DNA of 56,941 nt, counting the filler, from Basidiobolus ranarum (lineage: Eukaryota): NCBI GenBank assembly GCA_040143965.1. It is 3 parts of 3 records of this genome, joined end to end, with 100 filler letters (N's around TTAATTAATTAA, not from the genome) between each part and the next. Parts side by side here need not be neighbours in the genome. Positions count along the whole stretch, not along the records: positions 1 to 18,954 come from JASJQH010007138.1; 2 more parts are not named here. The stretch is one strand, 5' to 3'. The stretch's first letter is position 1; each line of letters begins with the position of its first letter. The position numbers and the translations under genes are program-made. Under the pieces are notes generated by a model. That model was not told the origin of the DNA. It was given only the letters and a program-made list of their open reading frames with translations, and searched no databases. Shown here one piece after another: positions 1 through 12,480 of this stretch.

Positions 1-79
1 CTGGAAAGGGCGATAGAGGAAGTGATGATGATAATGGTGGTGAGGTAAATGGATGAGAGAATGGCAACAAAGCTGGTTC

Positions 80-3000
80 CTATTCTACTATACGACCACC
101 ACGCTCGAATGCATTCATACCAGCGTAAATATCCTCATTCAGATGTAAACCTGTCTGAGCCTTACTGACACCACCACGAGTATTGATATAGATAGCATTA
201 AGGAAATCTGGATGACCATAATGAAGTTTGCCTCCAACCTTGGCCATGATACGTTGAGTCAGAGTACCAAAGGTAGCTTCTTTTCCGGCAGCAACATCAC
301 CAAGAAGACCAACACTTTCGGAGAAAATGTACTCACGTGCACCTACGATGGCCACTGGAGGGGGCCCTGGTTCACGGTATTCTGAATAGGGAGATGATTC
401 ATCCATATTGTATTGTTCGAACTCAGCCAAAACATTTCTAATCTTGAGAGCTTCTTCCAGATAATTATCTTGATTGGCATCGACCAATTGAAGATATTCA
501 CCACGAGTGAAGATAACTGAGTGATTCTGATTGTCAGATTTACCATCACCGAGGATTGGATTGCCTGGTAACATAATCCGGAACTTGGGTATACGTTTAC
601 CCTCTTCATCGAATTCGCATTTTCCGTCAATCAAGCAACTGTAGAATTTAGAAGGTTCACCGGAAGGTTCCCCGTTCTCCGTTAGACTAGGTACTTCTTC
701 AAGATATGCGATTTGAAGATCGGGATAAGCTTCAAGAAGGAACTTAACATTTTCCTGTTCTTCCTGACTGAAAGCCGTATACCTCTGCATACTTACAACG
801 AATCTGAACTTTCGACGAGCCATCGTCTCAAGTTCACGTTCAAGACCTTCGTTAAATCCACCATAGCCCTGAACAAGCTCTGGATGCTCGACGCGGTATA
901 AAAGTTTAAGGGCTTTATGATAATTCATAAATCCACTAACAGTACGGTACAGGGTTTGAGAGCGAAGTGAGGACCAAATACGAGTACGGAGAGTATATTC
1001 AGGCGCTGAAGACTTGAAACCAAAGCAGTATAAAGGTAATTCTTCAACCTTTTTGTTACCACGACTCTTATTGGTCTCAAAAGAAGCTTCATTATCCGAG
1101 GGATACATAGTGTTTTCTTCAGCCAGAACTTTGGTATCGTTGACAAAGTTATCCCATTCAACTGGATACAGTTTTTTCAAGTATTCCAACAGAGTGATCT
1201 GTGAGTTTTTATCCTCTTCGCGAATTACCTCCCGAAGGGAAAGAAGAATTTTCTCTCCATAATGAGGGGTAAATACAGTAAACGTGGGCATGTTCTCTAC
1301 AGGAATAGTCTCAGGCAAAGGTGTGGACAGACTTTGAGCAAAGAAGCTAAAGCGACGTTCTGCATCACTACCATTCGGGAAATACTCAGTCTTGAAAGAG
1401 GTATCTTCGTGGGAAACAAAGAATTTTGGAGCTTTCAATGTTGTACGTCCACCTTCACTACTGACAACTTGCTGGTAAAGAAGTTTTTGCACATGCTCTA
1501 CTGATAACAAGTGATCACGGTACATTGAGATGACAATGGCATTCCATATTTGAGAACAAAGAACCTTGGGCTGATACTTCAGCTCCATATCATCAATAGA
1601 TAGTAACTTGGTGTAGATACGCTTGGGAAGGCGAGAGAAAACATTTCTCCAGGGCGACCATATGGAAACACCGAGATAGAAGGAACGTGCGACACTAAAC
1701 AATGAGTTAATGACGACATACCACAAGTAGGTATCCAAAAAAAAGAGGGTCATATCCAACACCACCATAAAGAAGATGGTAATACCACTCATGATTTGAC
1801 AGATAAGAACAGTGTCCGTTTTCTTACATTCAGCTAACGAAAATTGGCCAGTAGCTTTGAAAGGATCCTTGAAAGAAAGAGCAAGGTAGAAGTAACTTTC
1901 GATGTATTTGCAAAGAAATACACAAACCCACAATCCAATTGACATCGCACGATCAGTTTGTTTGAGGTTAGGGAAATTGCTTGTGAAGGTACGGTTGGTG
2001 AGATTCTTACTGGAGCCTGTCTTATTATCACTTAATCGACGGAAAATAAGACCACTGGGGACAATAGCAAATGTGCAAAAAGTAGCCACTGAGATCAACA
2101 GACCGACCAAACCAACAATCGTAGAAATAGCGGAAGAACGATCTGCTATCACTGTGTATGCCCCAGGTACACAATTGAGAATCATAATTCCAAAAAGGTA
2201 TCCAATTCGTTTGAGCAAGATCTTAGAATTAACCCAATTAAGTGGAACAAACCAATATTCACAAAAGGCAGCTATAAGCATGATGAAAGTTGCAACTGCC
2301 CCACCAAACGAGACAACACCAAGCTGGACACCAAGTGGGGTACTCTTTTCGTGCTCTTTAGTGTAGAGCCAGGTGGCATTAGCCATTGTGTAGTAGTAAA
2401 ACATGACGATATGCAAGATCCAGAACCGTGCGAAATTCAGTAAAAGATGGGACCATGTACGGCGTTCTTTATACGTTTTTGCGAAGACCGAATTCCATTG
2501 AACTTCCGCTAGCTTAGCATACCTTTCAGCAGGAGGAAAATCCATCAATTTAACGGTTTTATCTTCGAGAACAATACGTTCGATTCCCCGAGGTGACCAG
2601 AAAAGCTCGTTGATATCATCGTAGCCGATTATGCTGGAATGATCTTTCTCTTTTTTGACGAGTTTCCCATTGATAATATTGTAAGTTTGGTCACGAATGT
2701 ATGTGTACAAGGGAGTAATAACATCTTGAAGAAATTGTCCCTCAGGTAAAGTCTTAATTTCATCTTGCTGTGCTACACTGGTATAATAGTCCCAAGCAAG
2801 TTTGAAAATAAAGCAAATAGCTTCTGGAGTGAAACGTATCACCGACGCTTCACCCCAAATCATAAGATACAAAGCGAGCTGGTTGACTAGATCGTGTTGA
2901 GACATCTGTGACATGGCACTACGCCAGGCCTCTTCAGCGCATTCGGTAGATTCCTGTGCCTCGATATCTTCCTCAGAAAGCTCTTTCTTCTTCAAATTTC

Positions 3001-3973
3001 TTGTGGCACGATCGTGAGGGTTATCTCTATCCAAATGTGCACAGAAGTACCATTTCTTGTAATTGGCATTTTCTCCACCAATGTAGTCAGCGTGAACAGT
3101 TAGTAAAGCCTGATAAGGAGGCATACGTGAAGCTCTCGAATCAAGCATTACCATCAAAGCATCATATTGGTTGAGCATATTATCCATTTGAAAACCGAAG
3201 CATGCTTGTATTCTAGAGAAAATCTCTTTGACTTCCTCTCGAGACACTGGGAAATGTCTATTTCCGGACCAAGATGCGTAAGGATCATCCTTAAAGAAAG
3301 GTCTGGGTAGGGAATTACTGTTATAATCGAATCCAGGCGGAGGGGTTCCATCTCTAGACACCCAGGAGTTTGTCCGTGACATATTACGAGACGAACTGCG
3401 AGAGTAATTAATGCTACCTGTAGATTCATTGCGGTTATTCTTTTTGGTTTCTAAAAGGGCAACAAGTGAATCACAAGATGGAGCATATTTAGCATATCTG
3501 CTATCCCCCAAAGTGCCGTGTCTAGGTGAACTGTAGGAGTCGATGCTTGTACCTCGATTGAGATTAGGATCATTAGATCTACCATAGAGACTTTCACTAT
3601 AGGCAGAATTTGTTTCGTAATCACTACTGTAGGAGAGCTTCTCCTTACTAGCAGTTTTACTACTGCTATTGTGTGTATATGAGATGTGTGCGGGAATCCG
3701 AGGGGATTGGTTTTCATGTGACATCAACAGCGCACCTACTACAGGACTTTCACCATCAACTGGATGATGAAGCCCGGTAGAATAGTCAGAATCCGAGTCT
3801 TCGGAAAGATAGGTCAGATACTTGGACTCCGAGGCTTTATAGGGTTTATCTTCACCTTGTAAATAGCTCTGGTTGGCATTGAGTTCTGGTGCGGTAGAGA
3901 GGTTAGAGAGATGATAAGATTCATCAAGAGATTTGCCAGACTTATTAGCCGCTGAACTCTGGTCTGCGGGCAT
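80..3973 (-). CDS. FKS1: 1,3-beta-glucan synthase catalytic subunit (GT48), C-terminally incomplete here
   Basis: 1297-aa ORF with FKS motifs (YIGGENANYKKWYF, PTFTVFTPHYGEKILLSL, GNPILGDGKSDNQNH, DANQDNYLEE, LHLNEDIYAGMNA). It stops at GGRIVE, before the expected C-terminal part and TM region. Confidence 0.96.
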   Translation of the reverse strand: MPADQSSAANKSGKSLDESYHLSNLSTAPELNANQSYLQGEDKPYKASESKYLTYLSEDSDSDYSTGLHHPVDGESPVVGALLMSHENQSPRIPAHISYTHNSSSKTASKEKLSYSSDYETNSAYSESLYGRSNDPNLNRGTSIDSYSSPRHGTLGDSRYAKYAPSCDSLVALLETKKNNRNESTGSINYSRSSSRNMSRTNSWVSRDGTPPPGFDYNSNSLPRPFFKDDPYASWSGNRHFPVSREEVKEIFSRIQACFGFQMDNMLNQYDALMVMLDSRASRMPPYQALLTVHADYIGGENANYKKWYFCAHLDRDNPHDRATRNLKKKELSEEDIEAQESTECAEEAWRSAMSQMSQHDLVNQLALYLMIWGEASVIRFTPEAICFIFKLAWDYYTSVAQQDEIKTLPEGQFLQDVITPLYTYIRDQTYNIINGKLVKKEKDHSSIIGYDDINELFWSPRGIERIVLEDKTVKLMDFPPAERYAKLAEVQWNSVFAKTYKERRTWSHLLLNFARFWILHIVMFYYYTMANATWLYTKEHEKSTPLGVQLGVVSFGGAVATFIMLIAAFCEYWFVPLNWVNSKILLKRIGYLFGIMILNCVPGAYTVIADRSSAISTIVGLVGLLISVATFCTFAIVPSGLIFRRLSDNKTGSSKNLTNRTFTSNFPNLKQTDRAMSIGLWVCVFLCKYIESYFYLALSFKDPFKATGQFSLAECKKTDTVLICQIMSGITIFFMVVLDMTLFFLDTYLWYVVINSLFSVARSFYLGVSIWSPWRNVFSRLPKRIYTKLLSIDDMELKYQPKVLCSQIWNAIVISMYRDHLLSVEHVQKLLYQQVVSSEGGRTTLKAPKFFVSHEDTSFKTEYFPNGSDAERRFSFFAQSLSTPLPETIPVENMPTFTVFTPHYGEKILLSLREVIREEDKNSQITLLEYLKKLYPVEWDNFVNDTKVLAEENTMYPSDNEASFETNKSRGNKKVEELPLYCFGFKSSAPEYTLRTRIWSSLRSQTLYRTVSGFMNYHKALKLLYRVEHPELVQGYGGFNEGLERELETMARRKFRFVVSMQRYTAFSQEEQENVKFLLEAYPDLQIAYLEEVPSLTENGEPSGEPSKFYSCLIDGKCEFDEEGKRIPKFRIMLPGNPILGDGKSDNQNHSVIFTRGEYLQLVDANQDNYLEEALKIRNVLAEFEQYNMDESSPYSEYREPGPPPVAIVGAREYIFSESVGLLGDVAAGKEATFGTLTQRIMAKVGGKLHYGHPDFLNAIYINTRGGVSKAQTGLHLNEDIYAGMNAFERGGRIVE

Positions 3974-5856
3974 GATAGATTAGGTATTGCGCGGATCAAT
4001 GAATTAGAGAAAAGTATATGTATAAATGTTGATTATATGTGCGAAGGAGAAATGATCAAAACTGTTGACTCAATATCGATGCTTGGAGAGACGACTTGTA
4101 CAAAGGTTAAATTACGGCTATAGACTGATGGCCAGTAGTCATGAAACAAGGCCCACTTGGATGTCGAGAAAAAGCATGGCAGTCATATTTATATAATTCT
4201 ATTTTTTATGAGCTTGATTTTAGTCTTACTAGAAACAATATGCCGCGCGAATGAGGACAAAAAAGAATATGAAATACAAAAATGGGAAGAATGCGATCGG
4301 AACGATGGTCCTCGAACTTTACGTGATCAACAATTACCAATAGCATGGAGAATAGATTGAATCCATTTCCTTGTATGGCGATAAACAAATAATCGGAGAA
4401 AACCAGCACTTCTTCATACACTTCTGCATTTTCTTTAAACCCATATTCAAGATATGTGAGGCTTCCCTCTACACCTCTATAAGAACCTCCTTGCAAAGAT
4501 ACATTTCTAAGCTCAGCTCTAAGCCAGCAAAGTTAACTCAATCTTTGCCACGCTAGTTTTTCAATCAACATCATCAACAATAGATATGCCAAATTCAGCA
4601 AAAAGATCCAAAAAGTAAACAAATAAATATATACTCTCAGTCATTTGCTTGGAAATAACAGGCAATAGAAATCTGTTCTTTCTCCCACTAGATTTTCGAA
4701 AAACTCAAAAAGTGACGAGCAATCGTATGAGCCAATCAGCAGAGGTATGGTTATTGATATGGGAAACCCAATGACTATATTGAAGTCAGGACGCGATATC
4801 TCTTCAACTTTCGATGCCATAGTAGTAAATCGAGTTGTCTTACCGACAAGCCTCATATTCTATATTCGGGCAATCTAATCGAAGATCCCGTGTACGTTGG
4901 TGTCTTATTTTAGAATTTTACCAAGATCAAGAACCTAATTTGGTTAGGCCTAAACTCACCAACGGAATCAGGATGAAATGTTTCTTCCTTTCTTTCTTGC
5001 ATTCTCAATGACATGATTAAATGATAAAACCCACAAATACCTCACTTAATAATAGTTACCAATAACTGCTAGTTTTGGATTAATTCTTAGCTGTCGTAAA
5101 TGAATATCTAATATTGACTTCTCCCATATATGCCAAAATGTCTCTCATATATCTATAGTCATCAACCACATGTCAGAATAGGCTCTAGAACATCTAGTTA
5201 CATTAAACAACTCGATTGGCCAACTTCGCCCAACTCCTGGTAACCTAATCCTCCGAGCAACACCAATGGAAATTGTATGTTCTGTAGTCATCAACTTAAA
5301 AGATGAAGGGGATTTCCTCTTTTAGCCTCTTAAAAGTCACGATCTTAGTTGATACTAAACAATCGCCTTTCCTTATCCAAGAGTTGTTTGTTGTTTCTGA
5401 GTTTACTTTTAACAATAACCCCGCTGATTAGTCATCGTTAGATAGGACATATATCTTGTTATTTAGCTTTGTGCTTTAGAGTGAGGGCCAGACCAGTTGA
5501 TTACTTGACCAATCTGGAAAATCAAGTACATTGTAGGCAGACTATCCGGACATTTCAAAATTTAATCAATCAGTGATTTTATCTTTGCTTCATGCCTCCC
5601 ACTAGTTGTAATGGAAATATCATCAAGTATGGAGTGTATGTTGCAAGAGATTAAAAGTTTTTTTAAAGTAAACGTAATGGCTTTAATTTGTATTGATCAA
5701 GGGCCATTTTGCGTATCTAAGAGAATAGATGGGTAGTAATAAAGAGGCATACAATAGTATTGTTAAACAAAAAGGACTATGAAGCAGCAAAAGATGTGAT
5801 GGTTTTAATCATGCTTTTAGACATTTGTGTTCGTTAGGATTGATTTGTGTACATTT

Positions 5857-8800
5857 TTACATCATATCCGGACCATCACGGTGTCTTTTCGGAGGTGGTG
5901 GACGTGGTCCTTTTCCTAAAAGTATATTAGATGATCGGATATTTTATGTACGCTGACATTTAGATGATTTACCTCCAAACATTACATCAGAACCATCATA
6001 ACCGCCTTCTTCTCTCGGAGGCTTTCTCTTCATGCTGCTTGGACCTGCACCACGACCCTTGATATAGTAGATGAGATTTATATTTATAGATACCATACGA
6101 AAATGTATTAGTTATATTTACCCTCTTTGAAAAATTACCCATCAGGCCACCACGCCCACCTCTCCCAGCAAAATTAGATCCACCGGAAGGCCCAGTAGGA
6201 GGTGCTGAGCCTGTTGGGGGTAGATGGGCTGGAGCAGAAGGTGGTGCAGTTTGACCAGGAATTACGGCGGTGAGAATCAAATCAAGTAGATCATCAGTAT
6301 TGATTAGAGGACCTATAATAAACAAAGTTGCTTTTTAATGTATGCTTCGTTTGGCTCTATATTCAATTAACTGTACCATTGTACGCCTGTGCGGTTGGAA
6401 GTTGAGTCATGAAAAATCCAACAGCTTCAGGTAGACCTGGAGGAATGTTTGGACGCGAAGAGTTGACAGAAGGTGCGGTTGTTGAGCCACTTGGAGCTGT
6501 TGGCAGTGGTGATTGGCCTTGTGCACCAGGTTGTCCTCGACGTAATGAATCTACCGGTGGTTTATATGATGTCCACTGGTTGAAGTCAGGGCGAGGGTAT
6601 CTTTCTGGATGAATAGGGTCTAGCAAAGCTCTTCTACCGTGTTGGCGGGCGTTGAGATCCTTGGATCGCTCGGCAGTCATAGGCTCAATATTTTTCATAG
6701 TAAGGCTTCGTGTTTTAGTTTTCTTATCTTCCCCTGGATCTGAAAATTATGAGCAAGGTGGATAGAATAATGAGAACAAAATAGCAGTTTCTTTACTTAT
6801 TCCTAGTTCACTTTCAGTTATATAGTTAATATCCAGATAGCTATACCTATCCACAAATCTACCGAGAGCAGTTTCTGAACATCAATGGATTAGAAATCTT
6901 TCAAGTTTGGGAGTAAATTTGGACCCATGGATCGTACCTGTAGTGTAAGTTTCGGTCATACGACGCTCGATCTTTTGTATGGACGTCAAATCGCCATATT
7001 TATTTTCGTAGTCGATAAATACTTTCCAAATATCCACAGCTTTATCCGAAGACAAAGAGGTAAGTGCTCTCTCAAACAGAGCCCGAATATCTAATGCCGA
7101 TGATTAGTGACTATTGTAACATCAGGTTATGTTAAACAAACTTACTATTATCATCATTCATTTGTATTAAATATTCCAAGTATTGAAGAACATAACCGGG
7201 CTCAGAGGCATAGGTTTTGAGACCGAGTTCGAAGATTTTACCGGCAATATTTTGGTCTTTGCTACAGTAATACTCCATCAAAGCTATATACATACAATTA
7301 GTCAGATCCAATAAAATACTTTTATAGCGAGTATGCTCACCGGAACTGATAAATAGATGGTATGTGGTGTCAGGTGATTTCCTAGCCCGACTGAATATTT
7401 GTCTAGCTGCTTTAATTCCCTATGAATCATAACATTGTTCAATCTTCAAGATCACGATATATTCAGCGTCAAATAAATACCTCGGCGCGACGTGCATATT
7501 TCATAAACATGATCCACACTAATGTGAAGGCTTTCTTAACACTCATTAGGTTCTTCTCAATCTGAGCTTCAACTTTAGCCTTTTGCTTCTCAGCGCTTCG
7601 CTCCTTTACTCTCAATCGCTCACGATCTTCACCATCTCGTTCTCTTTCAGAATCCTCTTCATTCTCGACTTCTTCGGATGCTAAGGACTGAACCAATTCA
7701 TTTATTTCCTGTTCACCTGAAGTGCGAATTTCCTCTATGTATTTTTCGATATTCTTCAAAAGAATTTCGTAGAGTTCCCGAGCTCGAGGGTTGTTCTTTT
7801 TGGATTCTTCTAATTCAGCATAAGCAAAATGTAATAGCAAACTATAGAAACACTTACATCGTTAGTGTGTGGCTTCTTACCGAAAAGTACGCATTAATAC
7901 ATACCTTGTTGGTACGACTTCAGTTCCAGCTTTCAAATGGGCCACAGCTTCCTCGGTTTTGCCACACTCGGCGCAGTAGATAGCAAAATCATACCTTGAT
8001 AATATGAAATTTTAGAACTTTGGTAAATGAGAATATACTACTGTCATGGAGGAACGTATATTACCATATTTCAGGATAATACCGTAGTGCTATCAGAGCC
8101 TGTTTATACGCATATATAACACGGGCACTTAACGCAGCCTTGTCTTCTAATTGAAGTGGGTTGGAGCGCTCCCAGGTTATATAATGTTTCCATGCTTCCA
8201 ACTAATCAAATATGTTAGAGTTTGTGTAACTAATACCACTCCCCAGTTCCTAAGATCTACCTGTTGGATCTCTCTGTCAGTCCATTGAGGTGGCTGTGGA
8301 AGAACGTTCTTAGCAAACGAATCAGTGATGGTGCGCATCTCTCGTAACGCAGTTCTCGCGGTCATATACGATGGTGATCTTTCAGCAAGGAATTTCTTGG
8401 CCTATAAAGGTAACGTATCCACATGAATAAAGAAAACAATCGAACGATGTTGCTCAATAACCTCATTACCGTGAGCTTGTTAAGTCCATTCTCAAAAGAG
8501 TCATATTCTTTCCAGATATGTTCTACATTGACCAGTGGAATTGTGATAGCTTTTTGATAAGTTTTACGCATAAGATCCATTTTCTGTTGTTCTTCCCAAG
8601 TATTGTGTGTCTACAAATATTCATGAGTCAACAAAACAAAGAATTTTACTACATGCAAATATGAGCATTTAACGAAAAGTAAAGGGTCACTGTACCTCTC
8701 CGGTACGTAAGAAAAATAAATAATCGCTCCATATAGGTCCAGCTTCTTTGTCAATTCCTATATGCTGTAGAACGAATTCGTAAGCTTTTCCTACCACAGC

Positions 8801-9658
8801 CCTTACATCTGGTCCTGCAGCTGAACCATTTTCTCCGCTGTTCATACGACGTATGTAATTCAGATAGAACTTCCACAATTCTATTGAAGGAACTGATCTG
8901 AGGCAACGAGTGAAAATAGATTCCACGTTTGCAAAATTGTTGTGATTAAGTTCAAACTCGGCATAGGTGATCCAATGGCGAGACTAAAAAAGGGAAAAAA
9001 GACCACGAGTTAAATGTGGATTCATGGCTTAACACTGAAGGAAAGAGAGAATAGTTAACGTGTAAGAATCATAACGTGCAAATGTGTTGATGTCCAAAGA
9101 AAAGTAAGAAAAATGTTGTTCATGGTAGTAAAAATAAAAGAATTCCCTTTCGAGTTGTGATAAAGATAAAAGTAACCTAAACGAAAAGTTCCATGTAATT
9201 CAAAGAGCACCATCAAGCAAGTTTGGGTTTAAATTGCCTACTGATTCAGCCGCTGGGCGGCAACAGTGATTTATTTTTTTTCGCGATTTACACGTTATGA
9301 TTCTCACAGAGGAGAGTGACTGACTTACCGAAGTAGGAAACTGTTTCAGGAAACGCTCGTAACAATCCCTGATCAATTTAATATCGCCAATCAAGTGTGC
9401 TTCAGCTAACAAAGATTGCCAAGCTTCAGTATCAAAAGCATCCAATGCAATCTTCTTCTCAAGAGAAAGGATCCTTCCATTCTTTATTTGTGCTAGATGT
9501 TCGAGCGTTTCTTCGCTTGGAGACTGACTTAATTCACCTACAGTTTCTTTAGCTTCCTGCAAGTTTTCTAAGTTTTTATCTTCAGGTGGAGGGATGACAC
9601 CCACTGGTGGTGTTTCTATCTCACGATCTGCAATCTTTTCTGAGTGGGAGCCTTCCAT
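5857..9658 (-). CDS. RNA14: mRNA 3'-end processing factor Rna14/CstF-77 (HAT repeats), multi-exon
   Basis: Exons encode YERFLKQFPTS-SRHWITYAEFE, IFTRCLRSVPSIELWKFYLNYIRR, MRKTYQKAITIPLVNVEHIWKEY and LLHFAYAELEE. GT-AG junctions join in frame. ATG at 9658, TAA at 5857-5859. Confidence 0.93.
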
Positions 9659-10327
9659 GAAGTTCTTACAGTAGGAAAAGATAACAGAAAGACAGGAGTG
9701 GTTTAGAGAATTTAGAGTAGAAAACACAAAATATTATTCGGCTATTTTAGGTAAAAAGAAAAGACAATCAAAAAGTGGTATATTTATAGAATTTTGGGTT
9801 AACTGCAACATAAAATAAGCCGAGTTATTTTGAATAACCATCCATTACTGGAATTATTTAACCTTTAAATTAGGGTATTTAGAGAGGAATCTCTACAAAA
9901 CTATGGGTATCTAAGCTGACAAATTTCATCTGGTTTAGTGTAGAAGCATCAAGGAGTTTTTGTTGCTAAAATGGTGAGGGCTTCATACTATAAAGCTTTG
10001 ATGTTCATATACATCATATTTCATATACTTGTGGGTAGAAAATTCTAATGAAGTATACAAGAATGGTCGAATATTGGATTCCCAACTCTTTGTAATATAT
10101 ACGAACATCTGAACGAAGCTATTTAGAAATACCTAGAGTCGGTATATTACTTGACGTTTACATCCAGATTGGACTGGAGATCGAAATATCCACTCAACAG
10201 GAAGAAAATATGATTGCAAAAAAGGTTTAAACTAACTTCACCACATCTCTCATTTTGAGACCTGCTGATATTAATTTATCACTGTTCGATACCAGAAAAG
10301 CTATAATATGTATAAATGTATCTTTAC

Positions 10328-10366
10328 ACAGGGATATTGGACAGGGATGTTGGACAGGCATATTGG
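10328..10366. repeat. 13-bp tandem repeat x3 (acagggatattgg)
   Basis: acagggatattgg / acagggatgttgg / acaggcatattgg read directly. Confidence 0.85.
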
Positions 10367-10935
10367 AATATTACGTCAAAAACACACTTTGCTTTTAGAC
10401 TAGAAACTAGGTATTAGAGATTTGACGACTATTTATATTCCATTCTTATTGTATAATTATGGCTTGTATCTCAAAGAAAGGATACCCCTTCCACGTTCAT
10501 GATCATTCATCATTACTATATTGATTCGGGGTGTCATACAGTACAAGATCTAGCCTTGCCGACCCTTTAAGGGAATTTTCCGAAATTGTATTGATTGAAG
10601 AGGTGGGATCTACAAGTTTAATTTTCAAACATCAGACTCAGCGATATCCTCTCCTCCATATTCTCGGGCCTTCGAGGTTGGAAGTGCGCGTGACTACATT
10701 CGTTTCGTTGTAGCCATCATGTCCCTTTCTAGACAGTCATTTACAAGCATCGTGTATAATCCAGTTATTCAGGGTTTATTACCACTCTTACAACATCCTT
10801 CACACACTTGGCCATAAACCAACTATTCAAAGTAACTCTGGTAGTTTGACACCTGTAGAAACTATGTATTGTAAGCGAATGTAATCCAAGGTCTATTCAT
10901 AAAGATATCGGATAATGGAAATATTGAAAACCGTT

Positions 10936-10959
10936 TTTATGGGAATCTTTATGGGAATC
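10936..10959. repeat. 12-bp tandem duplication (tttatgggaatc x2)
   Basis: Exact adjacent duplication. Confidence 0.8.
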
Positions 10960-11100
10960 ACTATTAACAAATATTGATATGCTAGTTCAAAGTGCATTAT
11001 TTTTCGGACGTAGTGAGTACCTTTTGGAATTTCCTGTACCACCTCATGCCACTTCCCAATATGTATGCGTCCTGATCTGTATAACTAGAGACGGCTGGAC

Positions 11101-11108
11101 TATATAAA
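11101..11108 (+). promoter_or_regulatory. Putative TATA box
   Basis: TATATAAA about 60 nt upstream of the ATG at 11167. Confidence 0.45.
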
Positions 11109-11166
11109 GAACACATCTGTGTGTAGCATTTCGTATCTTTCAGTACATCCATTAAATTCCCATTCA

Positions 11167-12480
11167 ATGAATCTCGATGCTGTTGGGATTGTATATTTTT
11201 TTATAACTTGTGTATGGACTCTATTCGTTATTAGCTCTGCTTTTCTGTTCATAAAAAATCGGAACTACCCTAGCATCAAATATCGTAGTGTTCCATTATT
11301 CTGTGTCAATGCAATTTCCAACCTTCTTGTTACCGTAAATATCTTGCTTTCAGCCCCTCTATCTTCGAAATATTCCTGTTTGACTTACTTTTGGGTTTTA
11401 TATCTTTGCCTTCCTCTATGGATTATTACTACTCTTGTTAAGCACATTCGACTCATAATTCTATATCGATTTGGAGCTGAAAGAATCCTGTTTGCCTATT
11501 CTTTAGAATCTCCTATCTTGGGGAAAGAAATGCTGGATAGTAACAACGCTCATATCAATGCCACTACTGAAGTATTAAACCGTAGAATGTTTCCCAAAGG
11601 AGGCTGGTTACGTCGCTTGCTTACTCCTCAAGCCCATATTATAGGTATTGCCGTATGGATGCTTCCACACATTGTCTTGGCCATTGCTTTGCATTATGCA
11701 CTACTCAAAACTCAGAAAGACTATGATCTAACAATAGTTGTGGCACATTGCATAGATGGTTGGTATTGGACTCCAGTTCTCGGTATCTTTATAGTCTATA
11801 CCGTAGGTGTGCTGCCTATCATATTTTATTATTTGCGAGGTATCAAAGATGCTTATGATATGCGGCTCGAGGTTCTCTGGGACATCTGTATTGGAGCTAT
11901 AAGTACGATTGCCTCCCTATTATCTACAGAGCTAGATAATAATGAATCGATCTCGAAAGTATTCCCGAATCAAATGTGGACGGCTCTAATGTGTATATGC
12001 ATGTATTTCATCTCCGTCGTCATTCCATTTCGTGAGAAGCGTCGCTTTCAAGCCTTACATCCCTCTAAGAATGGAAGTTTCCCTGTGTTTGAAGACATTC
12101 TGAATAACTATTCGCTATTTCGAGAATTTCACGCTTTTAGTGTTCGTGATTTTAGCGTGGAAAACCCATCATTTTACCACCGAGCGAATCAATGGAGAAT
12201 TGATATGAAAAGAATTGAAGGCACAGCATATTCACCTTTGCGTACCAAACTTCACGCTGAAGCTCACGAGATTTACGAAACCTTCATATCCAACCACGCC
12301 GATTTTGAAATCAACATTAAGGGAGAGACTTCTCAAAGGATATACTTTGATATCTCACAAACAATGATCGAAAGCACAGTCTTCGATCGAGCGTTGTTGG
12401 AAGTTGTAGACATGATGTATCAGCAAACCTTCCCCCGATTTCTTCGTTATAAAGGATGGGTCAATGGCAATGGATACTAG
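11167..12480 (+). CDS. 7-TM protein with C-terminal RGS domain (GprK/AtRGS1-like architecture), intronless
   Basis: About 7 hydrophobic helices followed by RGS motifs FHAFSVRDFSVENPSFY, IYETFISNHADFEINI and VFDRALLEVVDMMYQQTFPRF. The first ATG is at 11167; the track ORF starts at a GTG. Confidence 0.88.
   Translation: MNLDAVGIVYFFITCVWTLFVISSAFLFIKNRNYPSIKYRSVPLFCVNAISNLLVTVNILLSAPLSSKYSCLTYFWVLYLCLPLWIITTLVKHIRLIILYRFGAERILFAYSLESPILGKEMLDSNNAHINATTEVLNRRMFPKGGWLRRLLTPQAHIIGIAVWMLPHIVLAIALHYALLKTQKDYDLTIVVAHCIDGWYWTPVLGIFIVYTVGVLPIIFYYLRGIKDAYDMRLEVLWDICIGAISTIASLLSTELDNNESISKVFPNQMWTALMCICMYFISVVIPFREKRRFQALHPSKNGSFPVFEDILNNYSLFREFHAFSVRDFSVENPSFYHRANQWRIDMKRIEGTAYSPLRTKLHAEAHEIYETFISNHADFEINIKGETSQRIYFDISQTMIESTVFDRALLEVVDMMYQQTFPRFLRYKGWVNGNGY

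Noticed and set aside
343-3999. Many short antisense and alternate-frame ORFs inside FKS and other genes
   Set aside because: Shadow ORFs of real coding sequence with no independent support.
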